Shown piece by piece: positions 1-10,078 of a stretch of DNA of 64,000 bases. Below the pieces are notes generated by a model, which saw only the letters and a list, made by a program, of their open reading frames with translations, was not told the origin of the DNA and ran no database searches. Position numbers and translations under genes: made by a program. This DNA comes from an uncultured Acidimicrobiia bacterium (GTDB lineage: Bacteria; Acidobacteriota; Terriglobia; Versatilivoradales; Versatilivoraceae): NCBI GenBank assembly GCA_963786955.1, contig CAWBAT010000005.1, forward strand, positions 1,504,001 through 1,568,000, read 5' to 3'. Within the stretch, counting starts at the first letter, position 1; each line of letters begins with the position of its first letter.

Positions 1-1
1 C

Positions 2-439
2 AAGATTCCGGCGGGTGTTCAAACCGGGTCTCGTATTCGTTTCGCGGGTAGGGGGGACGCGGGATTGTATGGCGGGCCCCAGGGAGACTTGTATATCGTC
101 ACTACCGTGAGCGATCACCCCTTCTTTGAGCGAATCGGGGACAACATTTACTGTAAAATTCCCATCACATTGATGGAGGCAGCTCTGGGAGCGAAAATCG
201 AGGTTCCGACGCTCGAAGGTCGGGCCATCTTGAAAATTCCACCGGGAACCCAGAACGGGCAAAAATTTCGTCTGCGGGAAAAGGGGGCGCCTTCTTTACG
301 GGCTCCGATCAATGGGGATCAATTTGTAGAAGTTCGGGTGTTGACCCCTAAGCTCGCGGATGAACGGAGCAAAGAGCTTCTCCGGGAGCTGGCTCGGCTA
401 AATCCGGAAAATCCCCGCGTGGGGATGTTTGGGTATTGA
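2..439 (+). CDS. dnaJ: DnaJ chaperone, C-terminal substrate-binding domain (5'-partial, runs off window start)
   Basis: Frame is open from base 2 (KIPAGVQTGSRIRFAGRGDAG...), followed by GDLY, EAALGAKIEVPTLEG, IPPGTQNGQKFRLREKG and GDQFV, all typical of DnaJ_C. Lies directly upstream of hspR. Confidence 0.92.
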   Translation, partial: KIPAGVQTGSRIRFAGRGDAGLYGGPQGDLYIVTTVSDHPFFERIGDNIYCKIPITLMEAALGAKIEVPTLEGRAILKIPPGTQNGQKFRLREKGAPSLRAPINGDQFVEVRVLTPKLADERSKELLRELARLNPENPRVGMFGY

Positions 440-451
440 GGCATTAGGCAC

Positions 452-841
452 ATGGTCAGAAAAAAACGCAACCAAGCCGCCCATATGATTAGCAATGTCG
501 CGAAGACCTATGATGTCCACCCCCAAACGTTGCGGCTGTATGAACGACAAGGATTGCTGAAGCCTTCTCGATCCGAAGGGAATACGCGTCTTTATACGGA
601 TGAAGATCTGGAACGACTGGAATTAATCCTGAATTTGACTCGGGAACTCGGTGTCAACCTGGCAGGCGTGGAAATCATTCTGAATATGCGTGCTCGCGTC
701 GAGGAAATGCAAAAAGAAATTCGCCAGTTCGTGGAGCTGATTCAAACCGAGCTCTCTGGACGAATGCCGGGTTTTCAACCTGAGTCGGAAAATGCATTAA
801 TGAAAACGACACCGACCAAAATTGCACGGCTGGATCGTTAG
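452..841 (+). CDS. hspR: MerR-family heat-shock repressor HspR
   Basis: ISNVAKTYDVHPQTLRLYERQGLLKPSRSEGNTRLY and LGVNLAGVEIIL are HspR signatures; located immediately after dnaJ. Confidence 0.88.
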   Translation: MVRKKRNQAAHMISNVAKTYDVHPQTLRLYERQGLLKPSRSEGNTRLYTDEDLERLELILNLTRELGVNLAGVEIILNMRARVEEMQKEIRQFVELIQTELSGRMPGFQPESENALMKTTPTKIARLDR

Positions 842-1597
842 ATGGATACCATGGAAAGCGCCGAATGTTCGATCTGCGGGGGTACCGGCTGGCGGTATCT
901 CGAAAGCGAAGAAACACACGGAGTCTCTCCTTGTACCTGTGTGCAGAAGAAGAAACTCGAGAAGCTGATTCACATTGCCAGCATTCCTCCGCGATATGAG
1001 CATTGTTCTATTGAAAACTTTAACCCCATCACTGATCGTCTCAAAGTCGTTAAAGCCGCTGCCCTAAAGTTTGTGGAGGAATATCCTTTGGTGGATTGTG
1101 GTTTGTTGATTTTAGGACCGTGCGGCGTTGGCAAGACCCACCTGGCTGTTTCGATCCTGCGTGAGATCATCCACAAAGACGGAGCACAGGGCCTGTTTTG
1201 TGATTTTCGAGATTTGCTCAAGCGAATCCAGAATTCTTATAACCCTGTTTCGCAGTCTTCCGAGTTGGAAATCCTGGATCCTGTGTTGACTATGGACCCC
1301 CTCGTTTTGGATGATCTAGGTGCAGAAAGACCTACTGAATGGGTTCGGGATACCGTCTCTTATATCATCAATTCTCGTTACAATCGCCGTTTGACCACGA
1401 TCATCACCACCAACTTTGATGACCGGCCTCGGGAAAGTAAAGTTCTGGCAAACGGGACCGTTTTGAGTAAAGAAGAAAGTCTTGAGGATCGGATCGGAAC
1501 GCGGCTTCGTTCCCGATTGTACGAGATGTGCAAAGTGATTCGAATCGAAGGCGATGACTTTCGTTTATTAGTCAAACAGGCAAAATACCAATACTGA
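842..1597 (+). CDS. DnaC/IstB-like AAA+ ATPase with N-terminal Cys-rich zinc motif (putative helicase loader)
   Basis: CSIC...CTC N-terminus, Walker A GPCGVGKT, Walker B LVLDDLG, ITTN, DRIGTRLRSRL. The ATG directly abuts the hspR stop. Confidence 0.85.
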   Translation: MDTMESAECSICGGTGWRYLESEETHGVSPCTCVQKKKLEKLIHIASIPPRYEHCSIENFNPITDRLKVVKAAALKFVEEYPLVDCGLLILGPCGVGKTHLAVSILREIIHKDGAQGLFCDFRDLLKRIQNSYNPVSQSSELEILDPVLTMDPLVLDDLGAERPTEWVRDTVSYIINSRYNRRLTTIITTNFDDRPRESKVLANGTVLSKEESLEDRIGTRLRSRLYEMCKVIRIEGDDFRLLVKQAKYQY

Positions 1598-1599
1598 TC

Positions 1600-1923
1600 T
1601 TGACTGGAGAACGCGTGGATTTCTGGAGGGTAAAGCGAAAGGAAACCCGTATCCTTTTGGCCATCCCAGTGGTCATCGAGGGAGAAGATTCGGATAATCA
1701 GCATTTTATTGAAGAAACGACGACAGAAAACGTCAGCAAGTTGGGTGCGTGTATTGTAGTGGATCGAGTGCTGAAGCTGGGCTCCATTATCAGCCTTACC
1801 GCTTTTCAAAAGAAGTTCAGTTGTAAGGCAGAGGTCAAAGCGATCTGGATTGACGAGAGCGAGAGAAAGAAAAAGATAGGTGTTCGGTTCGTTGAGCCGC
1901 CGATCAATTGGGTTGTTACTTGA
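1600..1923 (+). CDS. Stand-alone PilZ-domain protein
   Basis: RKETR (RxxxR) and NVSKLG (D/NxSxxG) c-di-GMP-binding motifs, C-terminal IGVRF; TTG start 2 nt after the previous stop. Confidence 0.75.
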   Translation: MTGERVDFWRVKRKETRILLAIPVVIEGEDSDNQHFIEETTTENVSKLGACIVVDRVLKLGSIISLTAFQKKFSCKAEVKAIWIDESERKKKIGVRFVEPPINWVVT

Positions 1924-1955
1924 CCCTAGCTGAGCACGGGAAAAAAAATTACGAC

Positions 1956-4607
1956 ATGTTTTATCGACATCGACAGACCAAAACCATACGCTGGAATCGA
2001 TCGCGGGTCTTCTGGATATTGCCGGTAGCCCTGCTGACCTTAGCAGGCATCCTCGCTCTGCAAGCACAGCAATCGTTAAAGAAGGAATTGCCTTCCGCGG
2101 CAACTCTGAAAGTCGATTATCAGCGAGATATTCAGCCGATTTTCAGCAGCCGCTGCCTTCAATGTCACGGAGCTCAAATGCAAATGAGTAGTCTCCGTCT
2201 AGACAATCGCCGGGACGCGCTGGCCGGTGGAAATACTGGCCCGGTGATCAAGCCTGGGAACAGCGCGGGAAGCCGACTCATTCAGATGGTTGCGGGTATC
2301 GAAGAAGGAAAGATTATGCCCCCGGCAGGAGACCCACTCAGCAAAGAACAAATTGGATTGCTCCGCGCTTGGATTGATCAAGGAGCGGAGTGGCCGGAAG
2401 AAGAGAGAGCGGCTTTAGTCAAGACCCATGAAGATCCGAGAAGAGCGCATTGGGCCTTTCAACCGGTCAAGATGCCAGATCTCCCAGCCGTTAAGAATTC
2501 AGACTGGGTACGCAATCCAATCGATACTTTCATTTTGGGCAAGCTTGAAGCCGAAGGGGTTCAGCCTTCGGCAGAAGCCGATCGGATCACTCTGATTCGA
2601 CGGTTAAGTTTTGATCTTATCGGTCTACCGCCAACTCCCGAAGAGGTGGCGGACTTTGTCTCAGACCCTCGCCCGGATGCTTACGAAAGATTGGTCGACC
2701 GCCTGTTGGATTCGCCTCATTATGGCGAGAAATGGGCTCGCCAATGGCTTGATTTGGCTCGATATGCCGATAGCGACGGATATGAAAAAGACAATGTCAG
2801 GCCTTACGCATGGCGCTATCGCCAGTGGGTGATTGAAGCACTCAACCGCAACTTGCCTTTTGACCAGTTCACGATCCAGCAATTGGCTGGCGACCTTCTG
2901 CCTAACGCAACTTTGGATCAAAAGATTGCCACAGGCTTTCAGCGCAATACCCTGACTAACCGAGAGGGTGGCGTCGACAATGAAGAATTCCGTGTTGAGC
3001 AAGTGCTCGATCGGACCAACACCATGGGCACAACCTGGCTCGGCCTCACCGTTGGGTGTGCCCGATGCCATGACCATAAATACGATCCGATCAGCCAAAG
3101 GGAGTTTTATCAGCTTTTTTCTTTTTTCAACAGGGCCCGTGAAATCAATATCGAGGCCCCGGCACCCGGGGAAATGGGAGTGTACCTTCAGGCGAAACCG
3201 GACTACGACAAAAAACGCATGGCATTGCTGGAGGAATACAAGGTTTCAGAAATCCAGCCAGAGTGGGAGAAGAAGACTCTAGAGGCCTCAACCCATCCCG
3301 GAATCAATGTTCCCTACGATGTTGCCTGGGACACAGTTGGAAAGATGCTGGATCATGGCCAGGAAATTCTATTGAAAGAACCTGCTGAGCGAACCCAGAA
3401 GGAACAGGACCGGCTCACGGATCATATCATTCGCTTCTATATGATTGCGGGCGGAAAGGAACGTTATGATGCCCTCAAGTTCAAGGAATTAGGAGAGAAG
3501 CTTGACCAGCTTTCCGAACAGTTTCCTGGACTGACAGAAGCTCCCATCATTGCGGAGAATCCGAGACCACCCAAAACCCATATTTTGATTCGCGGTGATT
3601 ACTTGCAGCCGGGAGTTGAAGTACAGCCTGGAACACTTTCGATCCTGCCTCCTATGCCGGATACGGCTGAGCCCCCACGCCTTCGTTTCGCACGCTGGCT
3701 CGTTTCGCCTGATAATCCCTTGACACCCCGTGTGACCGTCAACCGGATGTGGCAGGAGTTCTTCGGGCATGGCCTGGTTGAAACTTCTGCGGATTTTGGA
3801 ATCAAAGGAGAACGTCCGACTCACCCTGCTTTGCTGGATTGGCTGGCTGCTGAGTTTGTCATGCAGAAATGGGACTTCAAGAAGATGCACAAGATGATCG
3901 TCGTGTCAGCCACGTACCGCCAGTCCTCCAAGACGAGAAAAGAGCTTGAGACCCGGGATCCCTATAACAAATGGATCGCTCGGCAATCCCGATTGCGCCT
4001 ACCGGCTGAACTAGTCCGTGATAATGCTCTGGCAGCCAGTGGCCTGCTCGATTTGACGGTGGGTGGAAAGAGCGTCCGCCCACTCATCCCGAAAGGAGTG
4101 ACGGATTTGGGCTATGGCACGAGTGTCAAATGGAAGGAAAGCGAAGGCAGTTCCCGCTATCGGCGCGGGCTCTACGTATTTTTCCAACGTACAACCCCTT
4201 ATCCGCAACTGATGAACTTTGATGCTCCTACGTCGTTATTGACTTGCAGTCGAAGGGATCGTTCCACCACTCCTTTGCAAGCCCTTAATTTGCTCAATGA
4301 CCCGGTCTTTTTCGAGGCGGCACAGGGCCTCGCGACTCGAGTGTTACGCGAAACATCAGGCAGCCTGAATGAGCGGATCAGATACGCCTTTGAGCTTTGT
4401 TTGGCTCGTTCTCCGAAGCCGGGCGAAATGGAAAGGCTGGTCCGTTTCTACGAAGAACAAAAAGAATACCTAAGAAGAAATCCAGAAGCCGCAGAGAGTC
4501 TCTATGCGGCACACGGAGTTGAAGGCGTTGATTCGGTGGAAGCCGCTGTGTGGGTGAGTATTTCACGGGCTTTGCTCAATTTGGATGAGTTCATTACGAG
4601 GGGGTAG
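1956..4607 (+). CDS. Planctomycete cytochrome c + DUF1549 + DUF1553 (PSD1) protein
   Basis: N-terminal hydrophobic segment, heme motifs CLQCH and CARCH, HWAF, NPIDTFI, LIRRLSFDLIGLPPT, VNRMWQEFFG, PLQALNLLND. Start taken at ATG 1956; the ORF is open from 1908. Confidence 0.9.
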   Translation: MFYRHRQTKTIRWNRSRVFWILPVALLTLAGILALQAQQSLKKELPSAATLKVDYQRDIQPIFSSRCLQCHGAQMQMSSLRLDNRRDALAGGNTGPVIKPGNSAGSRLIQMVAGIEEGKIMPPAGDPLSKEQIGLLRAWIDQGAEWPEEERAALVKTHEDPRRAHWAFQPVKMPDLPAVKNSDWVRNPIDTFILGKLEAEGVQPSAEADRITLIRRLSFDLIGLPPTPEEVADFVSDPRPDAYERLVDRLLDSPHYGEKWARQWLDLARYADSDGYEKDNVRPYAWRYRQWVIEALNRNLPFDQFTIQQLAGDLLPNATLDQKIATGFQRNTLTNREGGVDNEEFRVEQVLDRTNTMGTTWLGLTVGCARCHDHKYDPISQREFYQLFSFFNRAREINIEAPAPGEMGVYLQAKPDYDKKRMALLEEYKVSEIQPEWEKKTLEASTHPGINVPYDVAWDTVGKMLDHGQEILLKEPAERTQKEQDRLTDHIIRFYMIAGGKERYDALKFKELGEKLDQLSEQFPGLTEAPIIAENPRPPKTHILIRGDYLQPGVEVQPGTLSILPPMPDTAEPPRLRFARWLVSPDNPLTPRVTVNRMWQEFFGHGLVETSADFGIKGERPTHPALLDWLAAEFVMQKWDFKKMHKMIVVSATYRQSSKTRKELETRDPYNKWIARQSRLRLPAELVRDNALAASGLLDLTVGGKSVRPLIPKGVTDLGYGTSVKWKESEGSSRYRRGLYVFFQRTTPYPQLMNFDAPTSLLTCSRRDRSTTPLQALNLLNDPVFFEAAQGLATRVLRETSGSLNERIRYAFELCLARSPKPGEMERLVRFYEEQKEYLRRNPEAAESLYAAHGVEGVDSVEAAVWVSISRALLNLDEFITRG

Positions 4608-4675
4608 TGAAACCCCAAGATCCCCTGGGGCGCTCAGATGCGGGGAGAAGCCAGAAGCAGCAAGAGGAGAAGAGG

Positions 4676-6121
4676 ATGAATTTCCAGGATTTCATGAGAA
4701 TTCAGACCCGGCGAAGTTTTCTCACCGAGTGTGCCGGGGGAATTGGGGCAATCGGATTGTGGCAATTAATGGCGGGCGAAGGGCGGACGACAGCCCTTGG
4801 CGCACCATTGCCGGATGTCAATCCATTGAAGCCGAAACCTCCGCAATTTGCACCCAAGGCTAAGAACGTTATCTTCTTTTTCATGGAAGGAGCCCCCAGC
4901 CACTTGGATCTATTTGATCCTAAACCTGAAATGAAAAAATGGGACGGTCAGCCTCTGCCTGAATCCATGACGAAGAACCTAAAGTTGGCCTTCATTAAAC
5001 CCAATGCGAAAGTATGGGCCAGCCCGAGCGAGTTTAAGAAGTATGGGCAGAGTGGCCTCGAGTTTTCAGAGTACATGCCTAACCTGGCTACTTGTGCCGA
5101 CGATATTTGTATGATCCGTTCCATGTTTACTGAACAATTCAACCATCATCCTGGACAGTTGATGTTGAACTGTGGATCTCCGTTGGTCGGGCGCCCTTCC
5201 ATGGGTGCCTGGGTGACCTACGGCTTAGGAAGCGAATCGCAAAATCTTCCCGGCTTTGTCGTATTAAGCTCGGGAGTTGGCACGAGTGCCGGAAGCGCCA
5301 ATTGGTCCAGTGGATTCCTGCCCTCGACCTACCAGGGAGTCACTTTCCGTAACAGCGGAGATCCGGTTCTCTATCTGTCTAATCCTGCCGGCATTAACAA
5401 TCAGATTCAGAGGTCAACTCTCAATGCAATTCGGGATTTGAATGAGGCAAACTACGCCGCCAGCGGGGACTTTGAAATTGCGTCGCGTATTGCTTCCTAC
5501 GAACTGGCGTTTCGGATGCAGTCGGCAGCGCCCGAACTGCTTGATTTTTCCAAAGAGTCGGAAAAGACACGAGAGATGTACGGGGTTGACAAAGATCCGA
5601 CGAAGCCATTTGCAACGAACTGCTTGCTCGCCAGAAGAATGATTGAACGGGGTGTGCGATTTGTGCAGATCATGCATGCCAGTTGGGATGATCACTCGGA
5701 TCTGGTGAGTCATTTGAAAAAGAATTGCGATATTACAGACCAGCCGGTTGCCGCGCTGCTCAAGGATCTGAAGCAACGGGGATTGCTGGATTCAACCTTG
5801 GTGGTCTGGGCGGGAGAATTCGGTAGAACTCCCTTGGTCGAAAGCCGGAACCCTAAAAAAGGAAGCGAAGGCCGAGACCACCATCCCTTCGCCTTCAGCA
5901 TTTGGATGGCAGGGGGGGGAATCAAAGGCGGACAAGTGGTTGGAAAGACGGACGACTTAGGCCTTAATATCGTGGAAGACCGAATCCATGTGCATGACTT
6001 GCATGCAACCATCTTACAATCCCTTGGTTTTGATCATCTGAAACTGACTTTCCACCATCAAGGTCGCGACTTCCGTTTGACAGATGTTTCAGGCAACGTG
6101 GTTCCGAAACTTCTTGCTTAA
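4676..6121 (+). CDS. DUF1501 protein with twin-arginine signal
   Basis: TRRSFL Tat motif, FMEGAPSHLDLFDPKP, CLLARRMIERGVRFVQ, GEFGRTP, GRDHHP. ATG 4676 follows a GAGGAG-like RBS. Confidence 0.9.
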   Translation: MNFQDFMRIQTRRSFLTECAGGIGAIGLWQLMAGEGRTTALGAPLPDVNPLKPKPPQFAPKAKNVIFFFMEGAPSHLDLFDPKPEMKKWDGQPLPESMTKNLKLAFIKPNAKVWASPSEFKKYGQSGLEFSEYMPNLATCADDICMIRSMFTEQFNHHPGQLMLNCGSPLVGRPSMGAWVTYGLGSESQNLPGFVVLSSGVGTSAGSANWSSGFLPSTYQGVTFRNSGDPVLYLSNPAGINNQIQRSTLNAIRDLNEANYAASGDFEIASRIASYELAFRMQSAAPELLDFSKESEKTREMYGVDKDPTKPFATNCLLARRMIERGVRFVQIMHASWDDHSDLVSHLKKNCDITDQPVAALLKDLKQRGLLDSTLVVWAGEFGRTPLVESRNPKKGSEGRDHHPFAFSIWMAGGGIKGGQVVGKTDDLGLNIVEDRIHVHDLHATILQSLGFDHLKLTFHHQGRDFRLTDVSGNVVPKLLA

Positions 6122-6244
6122 ACGTGGCTTGAGGTCTCCGAGGAGTTCAAATTTCCTGTCGATTCGCCTGCTCGGGAAGGTCAATTTCATCGTCCCGTGA
6201 ACAAGAGCGGTGGACTCATTTCATAGATTGGCTGCCGCCACAGT

Positions 6245-7939
6245 TTGGGTCCATTCGACCGAGTCTCCCATCACCTGTTGATGATCCTCACATTCCTTCG
6301 CCGCTGCCCCACTCTTGCCCTCGTGATCATCTGGTTAGGGCTTGAGATCCCCTTCCTTCCCACCGCCTTCCGAATCGACGAACCTTACTACCTTGCAATC
6401 GCTCAACAGATCACAAGGCATCCAACAGATCCTTACGGATTCCGGATCAATTGGTTGGGGGCCCCGAAACTGGTTTCCGAAACCTTTGCCAATCCTCCTC
6501 TCGTACCCGCTTGGATCGCCGCATGGGAAGGCTTCTTCCCGCCAAATGAATATTCGATCCATGTGGCGATGCTCTGCTTTGGGTTGTTGTCGATCCATGG
6601 CCTCGTACTTCTGGCCAAACGTTACCAAGTAGACCCTTCTCTCGCAGCCCTCCTGCTCTGCTTTTCACCCGCATTCTTCCTCGGAAGCCAGGTCGTCATG
6701 CTCGATGTCCCGATGCTTTCTCTGCTATTGCTGGGTGTGGCCTATGCATTGGCCTATCAGGAAACAGGCCGAAAATCAGCTTGGGCGGTGGCACTTGCGG
6801 CTTCATTCCTTTGCCCCCTTACAAAATACAACGGCTTATTGATCGTGCCCCTTCTGGTGCTGTTGCTGGTGGATGGCCGGCGGCGAATCGGCATTTCGGT
6901 GCTCGCCACCGCCCCCATCGGCTCGTTTATTTTTTGGAATTTGTTTACCTGGATAAAATATGGCAGACCCAATGTCTTGCTTCTGTTTGACCTGCAAAAG
7001 AATTTAGAAAAATCTAAGGTGCTTCTCGGTCATGAAATGGGAATCCTCATTGCGATCGGCCTTGGAGCCATTTCCATTGCCATTCCTTTGCTGCTATTAC
7101 AGGTCAGGAGCCTGAGAAAAAGGTACACCTTTGGGATCCCTCCGGTTTTCGCTTTCTCCTTCCTTTGGGCTCACTTTCAAATCCACTATTCAACCGTTTC
7201 TGCCTGCTTGACTGGTCTGGCTGTCTGTGTTGTCTTGATGCTGATCGATGCGCTTCTGACGCAGTTCTGGAAGAATCCGAAATTACGAAACCTGCAGTCG
7301 ATTCTCCTCCTGCTTTGGTTCTCCTTAGGCCTGCTGATGCAATTTGGAATGGCCGCCACCTCCGTGCGATATGCCCTGATCATGACACCCGCAGCCGTCC
7401 TGATTGTCCTGCTGCTCCTTAAAGTTTCAGACTGGAACCCGCCCCCGGTCATGCTAGCGTCTGCTCTCCTTCTGTCTGTTCTACTCGCACTTTCCATTGC
7501 GATCGGAGATGCAGAAATCGCCAATGGATACAGGCAAATTATCTCGCACCGAATGGCCTCTCCGGCTGCCGAACTTCCAAACCAATTCTATTTTGCCGGA
7601 CACTGGGGATTCCACTATTATGCAGAACAGGCGGGGGGCATTGCTCTCGATACATCCCGGCCGCAAAGCTTGGAGTCGGGTGATCTTGTCGTCGTTGCAC
7701 AAAACGCCTGGCCCGGTTTACGACCGCTCCAACCTCCTCCAGGACAGAACCTGGGAACTACCGTTGAGCGATTTGTCCCAAGGTGGCCTGTCAATACGAT
7801 CACCTGCGATGGAGGAGCGAACTTCTACGGAAATCGCCTTGCTTCCTGTGAAAGCCCAACTTTATTGCCTTTTACATTCGGTTATTTTACGAGTGAGGAA
7901 TTTCTCTTTTACAGGGTACTTGAACCGGCGAGGCAATAA
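6245..7939 (+). CDS. Polytopic membrane GT-C fold glycosyltransferase (ArnT/PMT/GT39-like)
   Basis: DE motif (RIDEPYY) in the first loop, NPPL, LTKYNG, many hydrophobic helices and a soluble C-terminal tail. Exact start uncertain. Confidence 0.65.
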   Translation: MGPFDRVSHHLLMILTFLRRCPTLALVIIWLGLEIPFLPTAFRIDEPYYLAIAQQITRHPTDPYGFRINWLGAPKLVSETFANPPLVPAWIAAWEGFFPPNEYSIHVAMLCFGLLSIHGLVLLAKRYQVDPSLAALLLCFSPAFFLGSQVVMLDVPMLSLLLLGVAYALAYQETGRKSAWAVALAASFLCPLTKYNGLLIVPLLVLLLVDGRRRIGISVLATAPIGSFIFWNLFTWIKYGRPNVLLLFDLQKNLEKSKVLLGHEMGILIAIGLGAISIAIPLLLLQVRSLRKRYTFGIPPVFAFSFLWAHFQIHYSTVSACLTGLAVCVVLMLIDALLTQFWKNPKLRNLQSILLLLWFSLGLLMQFGMAATSVRYALIMTPAAVLIVLLLLKVSDWNPPPVMLASALLLSVLLALSIAIGDAEIANGYRQIISHRMASPAAELPNQFYFAGHWGFHYYAEQAGGIALDTSRPQSLESGDLVVVAQNAWPGLRPLQPPPGQNLGTTVERFVPRWPVNTITCDGGANFYGNRLASCESPTLLPFTFGYFTSEEFLFYRVLEPARQ

Positions 7940-8003
7940 AGCCAGCTTCTTTATTGCGCTGAAGATTTGCACATTCAGAATAAAATCTTTAAGGAGAAAA
8001 ATC

Positions 8004-8972
8004 ATGCGAGGCCATCAAAGAGCTCTACGACTTCCAATCTGTCTCACTGTCCTTTTGCTTTTGGTCTGTTTCTGGGGAATAAGTCGAGACCTGGAATATT
8101 TTGCTCAGTCGAAGCTGCCAACCCAATCGGCAGAATTGATTGCCAAGGATGCCAGCTGGGGAAATACGGAGGGACCCACGGTGGACTCGAAGGGAACCCT
8201 TTTCTTTACATCCCGTGGCAGCTACAAAGGCATAATGTCATGGACTCCAAAAGAAGGAGCACGGCAATATCTGGCAGTGGCTACCAAAGAGGGACCGGGA
8301 GGGCTCTGGGTAGATGATCATGACAACATCTTTCTCACCGCAACCGGGGAACGAAAAATCATGAAGGTCTCACCTGACAAGAAGGTCACCGTAGTGGCCG
8401 AGAACTTTGAAGCCGACCCGTCCATTACGAAGGGCCCTAATGATCTGATCGTCGCAAAAAATGGGACACTCTATTTCACAGACCCCAACGGTTATTATGG
8501 AGATGCGCCCAATGGGACCATTTATCGGGTTGCCCGAGATGGGAAGACGAGTGTATTCAATGCCGATATTACGGGTCCAAACGGCATCGTGCTGAATGCG
8601 AACGAACGGATTCTCTATGTTTCACACAACGTCTCCAAAACCACTTGCAAGATAGAGCAATGGCCACTGAATAAAGATGGATCTGCAGGGGAAAGAACCA
8701 CGCTAGCGACGATTGAGAATTGTGCCGCTGATGGGATGGCGGTCGACAAGCAAGGGGCCATTTGGCTGACCTGTTACGGTTTTGGGACGGCCTACCGCGT
8801 GAGTGGTACAGGGGAAATTCTTGCGACCATCACTACCGACCAGAAGGCTCTGACAAACTGCAGATTTGGCCGCCGGTCGGATCGACACATGCTCTACCTG
8901 ACCAGCTCCGATATGGAACGAGTGACGGGCTATATTTATCGCGCCAAAGTGGGTGTTCCAGGACTTCGGTAA
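8004..8972 (+). CDS. SMP-30/gluconolactonase family beta-propeller, secreted
   Basis: AAGGAG RBS before ATG 8004, signal peptide, TEGP, GPNDL, LYFTDP, GPNGI, ADGMAVD, TNCRFG. Confidence 0.88.
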   Translation: MRGHQRALRLPICLTVLLLLVCFWGISRDLEYFAQSKLPTQSAELIAKDASWGNTEGPTVDSKGTLFFTSRGSYKGIMSWTPKEGARQYLAVATKEGPGGLWVDDHDNIFLTATGERKIMKVSPDKKVTVVAENFEADPSITKGPNDLIVAKNGTLYFTDPNGYYGDAPNGTIYRVARDGKTSVFNADITGPNGIVLNANERILYVSHNVSKTTCKIEQWPLNKDGSAGERTTLATIENCAADGMAVDKQGAIWLTCYGFGTAYRVSGTGEILATITTDQKALTNCRFGRRSDRHMLYLTSSDMERVTGYIYRAKVGVPGLR

Positions 8973-8975
8973 GAA

Positions 8976-9884
8976 TCAATATTTTACCAAATAGGGAGTG
9001 AGAAATTCTTTAGCGTTGGCGGTGACCTCCCAGGCTTCTGGCCAGAAACACAAATCCACCGTCAACCACTCACCCTGATACCCGGCATCTTTATAGATGG
9101 AATCCAGGACTTCGCCAAAATGGATGTAGCCTTCACCAAATGGGCGATGGGTGCTGGTTTCGTCGCCATGGAGGGTGCCATCGGAGTCGATCACGTGGAC
9201 GTGCCCGATCTTCCCCTTGAGCATTCGGGCAAATTCCGTTATTCCTCCTTTTAGGATCTCCTTGGTTCCTGGCTGGCGAGCCCCGATAACGCTGCACATG
9301 TATGCATGGCAAGTATCAAAAAGGACCGTAAAGTTGGGATGGTTGATGTCATTAACGAGCTGGACAATTTCAGACGGCTTATTGAACAAAAACCCGGGTT
9401 CAAATTCCCACACTACTTTAACTCCATGTCCCTCGGCCCTTTCTGAACAAGTTCGCCAAAGGCTGACGATGCGGCTCCGCGCAGTCTTGGCATCTACTCC
9501 GGGCACTCCATCCGGGCCGCTGACCGTGTCCACGCGGATGTTCGGCGACCCCAGGTCCGTACACAGCTTTAAGTTTTTTTCGAATAAATGGAGGTAGTAA
9601 TCATCTCGTTGCGCGGCATCCGTCCCAGGGCCTTTGTCCCCCCAAAAATCTGCTGCGAGTCCTGAGACGCGCAGGTTGCTGGCCTTAATCAAGGATCTTA
9701 CACGCTGGCGATCGGCATCGGAGGGATAGTCGTCGGGGTGAACGTGGGGTTTAAAGGCGCCAATCTCGACGCCGTCATATTTCAGTTCTCCTAACTTTTT
9801 CACAACGGTTTCAAAGGGGACGGGATTAGATTGATACGGTCCAAAGGCGTAGGCCCAGGTACCGATCGAAAGTAACTTAGCCAT
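8976..9884 (-). CDS. Sugar phosphate isomerase/epimerase (xylose-isomerase-like TIM barrel)
   Basis: YDGVEI, WEFEP, LFDTCH, HVHVIDSDG, HRPFGEG metal-binding motifs; GAGGAG RBS. Confidence 0.85.
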   Translation of the reverse strand: MAKLLSIGTWAYAFGPYQSNPVPFETVVKKLGELKYDGVEIGAFKPHVHPDDYPSDADRQRVRSLIKASNLRVSGLAADFWGDKGPGTDAAQRDDYYLHLFEKNLKLCTDLGSPNIRVDTVSGPDGVPGVDAKTARSRIVSLWRTCSERAEGHGVKVVWEFEPGFLFNKPSEIVQLVNDINHPNFTVLFDTCHAYMCSVIGARQPGTKEILKGGITEFARMLKGKIGHVHVIDSDGTLHGDETSTHRPFGEGYIHFGEVLDSIYKDAGYQGEWLTVDLCFWPEAWEVTANAKEFLTPYLVKY

Positions 9885-10032
9885 CGTAGAATTCTCCTCG
9901 GGTTTCGTGTGCCGTCTTCCAAGAGATATGATTAGAATCCGGATGAGAGCAGGGTCATTTTATGTGAACCCTGAAAGCTGTCAAGGGTAGAGTAAAGATT
10001 GATCATGGTTTCAGTCAGTCCGAATTCCGCGA

Positions 10033-10061
10033 TTGACTTGAGACTATGCTCTGCATAACAT
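10033..10061 (+). promoter_or_regulatory. Putative sigma70 promoter of the Ser/Thr kinase gene
   Basis: TTGACT (10033-38), 17-nt spacer, TAACAT (10056-61). The ATG is only 17 nt further on and there is no obvious Shine-Dalgarno. Confidence 0.4.
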
Positions 10062-10078
10062 CGTGACTCAAAACCCAT

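Noticed and set aside
842-1597. IS21 element suggested by the IstB-like ATPase
   Set aside because: No istA transposase or terminal inverted repeats; the gene is coupled to hspR.
1378-2103. Long antisense or overlapping ORFs such as 1378..2103, 33190..33978, 33936..34730, 44323..45081, 46634..47485
   Set aside because: They shadow well-supported genes on the other strand and contain no recognisable motifs.
6127-6150. Possible HAIR (HspR) operator CTTGAG...TTCAA
   Set aside because: Spacing and right half do not fit CTTGAGT-N7-ACTCAAG. The real operator would be upstream of the window.
7497-8003. N-terminal extensions in the ORF track (7497, 32116, 32241, 41853, 57647)
   Set aside because: They overlap neighbouring genes; downstream ATGs with an RBS or a family-typical N-terminus fit better.
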